DNA of 62,927 nucleotides, filler included, from Licmophora abbreviata (Eukaryota): assembly GCA_900291995.1 (NCBI GenBank). It is 10 parts of 10 records of this genome, joined end to end, with 100 filler letters (N's around TTAATTAATTAA, not from the genome) between each part and the next. Parts side by side here need not be neighbours in the genome. Positions count along the whole stretch, not along the records: positions 59,701 to 62,927 come from OLMU01000442.1; 9 more parts are not named here. One strand, 5' to 3'. This document shows, piece after piece, positions 61,924-62,927 of this stretch (its first letter is position 1; each line of letters begins with the position of its first letter). The position numbers and the translations under genes are program-made. The notes beneath the pieces were generated by a model. That model had not been told where the DNA came from. It saw nothing but the letters and a program-made list of their open reading frames with translations, and made no database searches.

Positions 61924-62874
61924 ATGAGGATCTTGGCCTTGTTGCTTTTTGCAGGCGTCTGCTCGGGATATGCTTTTCCTCCCAAGAAGACACACAGTGT
62001 CCCGACGACTGCCTTGCAACATTCGTCGATAGGCGGAGACAACGAAGATTCCTTGTCCCGGCGCCATATCCTTGGCGTCGCCACGACTATGGCTGCTGCT
62101 ACATTTTTAAATCCGTCGCTCGCGTATTCCGACTCTTTGGACGACTTGCCACCCGACGCCACTCGGTCGTACTTGCAGTATCGAATCCCGCTACAGATCT
62201 CGGCGGACTATTTCATCTTCGACCTTCAGGACAAGGTTGGCGATGTCGACGAGTGGGGCGACGTTGGGGCAGCTCTTTCGTGCCAACACCAACCGTGGGC
62301 AAGGACAACCTAGTCGGATCGAGCGTGACTATGTCAACCCCATGCGTATTCTTGGACTGAGTATGCCCCCCGACATCGCAGATGAGATGCGGGCGAGTCA
62401 ATTCAAGTTTGAAAAGGCCATGGCAACAATCACGAAGGCTACGGCGGGAGTGAGACGGGATTTGCCGATCGAAATCGATAAGAGTGCGGTGCCCATGGCC
62501 ATGGCAGGGTGGGAAGAGGGACGCGTGGCACTAAATGAGTTCTTTGTTGCTCTGAATGAAGCTACCGGCACAACGGAGATGCGCTCAATTCCCCCAGCTG
62601 GACCCAATCAAGTGAAGGAGTATGGGAGAAGCCAGAGGCGTTACTTTGATCTAATGAAAAAGACTAAGCTGTGTCAGAATCGTGGCGGTCCTGCCTTGTC
62701 ACAAGCATGGGGTCAATTGATGGTGAGTTGCATCCGCTCAGTTATCTCTCCGCTTGTCGGCCACAGTTTATTGTCTCAACGTTTCTGTTGCAATCTTTTC
62801 ATTATCCGCAGGTCAGCGGATACCTTCAAGACAGCTGCGGAATCCCAGATTTGGAAGACTATTTCTATCAGTAA
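61924..62874 (+). CDS. Uncharacterised plastid protein with a twin-arginine thylakoid-lumen signal; intron 62723-62811; apparent frameshift at about 62268
   Basis: Signal peptide ending near GYA-F, then SRRHILG-hydrophobic-LAYS; ends LCQNRGG...DSCGIPDLEDYFYQ*. Confidence 0.65.
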
Positions 62875-62927
62875 ACGTGTAGTAACAGGTAGAAGCTAAA
62901 CCAGAGTGCGTAGTTGACCAGCCAAGA

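Overview
Eukaryotic, gene-dense genomic DNA, most likely from a (pennate) diatom. Evidence: short GT-AG introns mostly 64-160 nt, bipartite signal+AF plastid presequences, phytotransferrin, split HMG box, HA-repeat and vWA families. The window is a scaffold of contigs joined by nine artificial 100-nt spacers (N44-TTAATTAATTAA-N44). It contains about 35 protein genes or fragments: a tandem pair of phytotransferrin (ISIP2a/FEA1-like) genes, FAM173-like methyltransferase, MFS/TMEM180, SNAPc3, an EST1/SMG-like fragment, a bromodomain protein, UBA-PUB-UBX, kinesin-13, a TPK K+ channel, DCC1, FHA-WDR70, an 8x HA-domain protein, an FAD oxidoreductase, GUN4, an NTT nucleotide transporter, coronin, an a/b-hydrolase, Nup155, LPAAT, cytochrome b5, a deaminase, an HMG box protein, adenylate kinase, FTR catalytic subunit, a standalone FMN glutamate synthase, FtsZ, ankyrin proteins, a vWA protein and a Tat lumen protein. 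No rRNA, tRNA, CRISPR or intact transposon was seen. The best lead is the second phytotransferrin copy, which is intact but has substitutions at probable iron/carbonate-ligand positions and lacks the CACGTG boxes found upstream of copy 1. At least five conserved genes carry single-base frameshifts in homopolymers, probably sequencing errors. All family calls come from motif recognition; no database searches were run.
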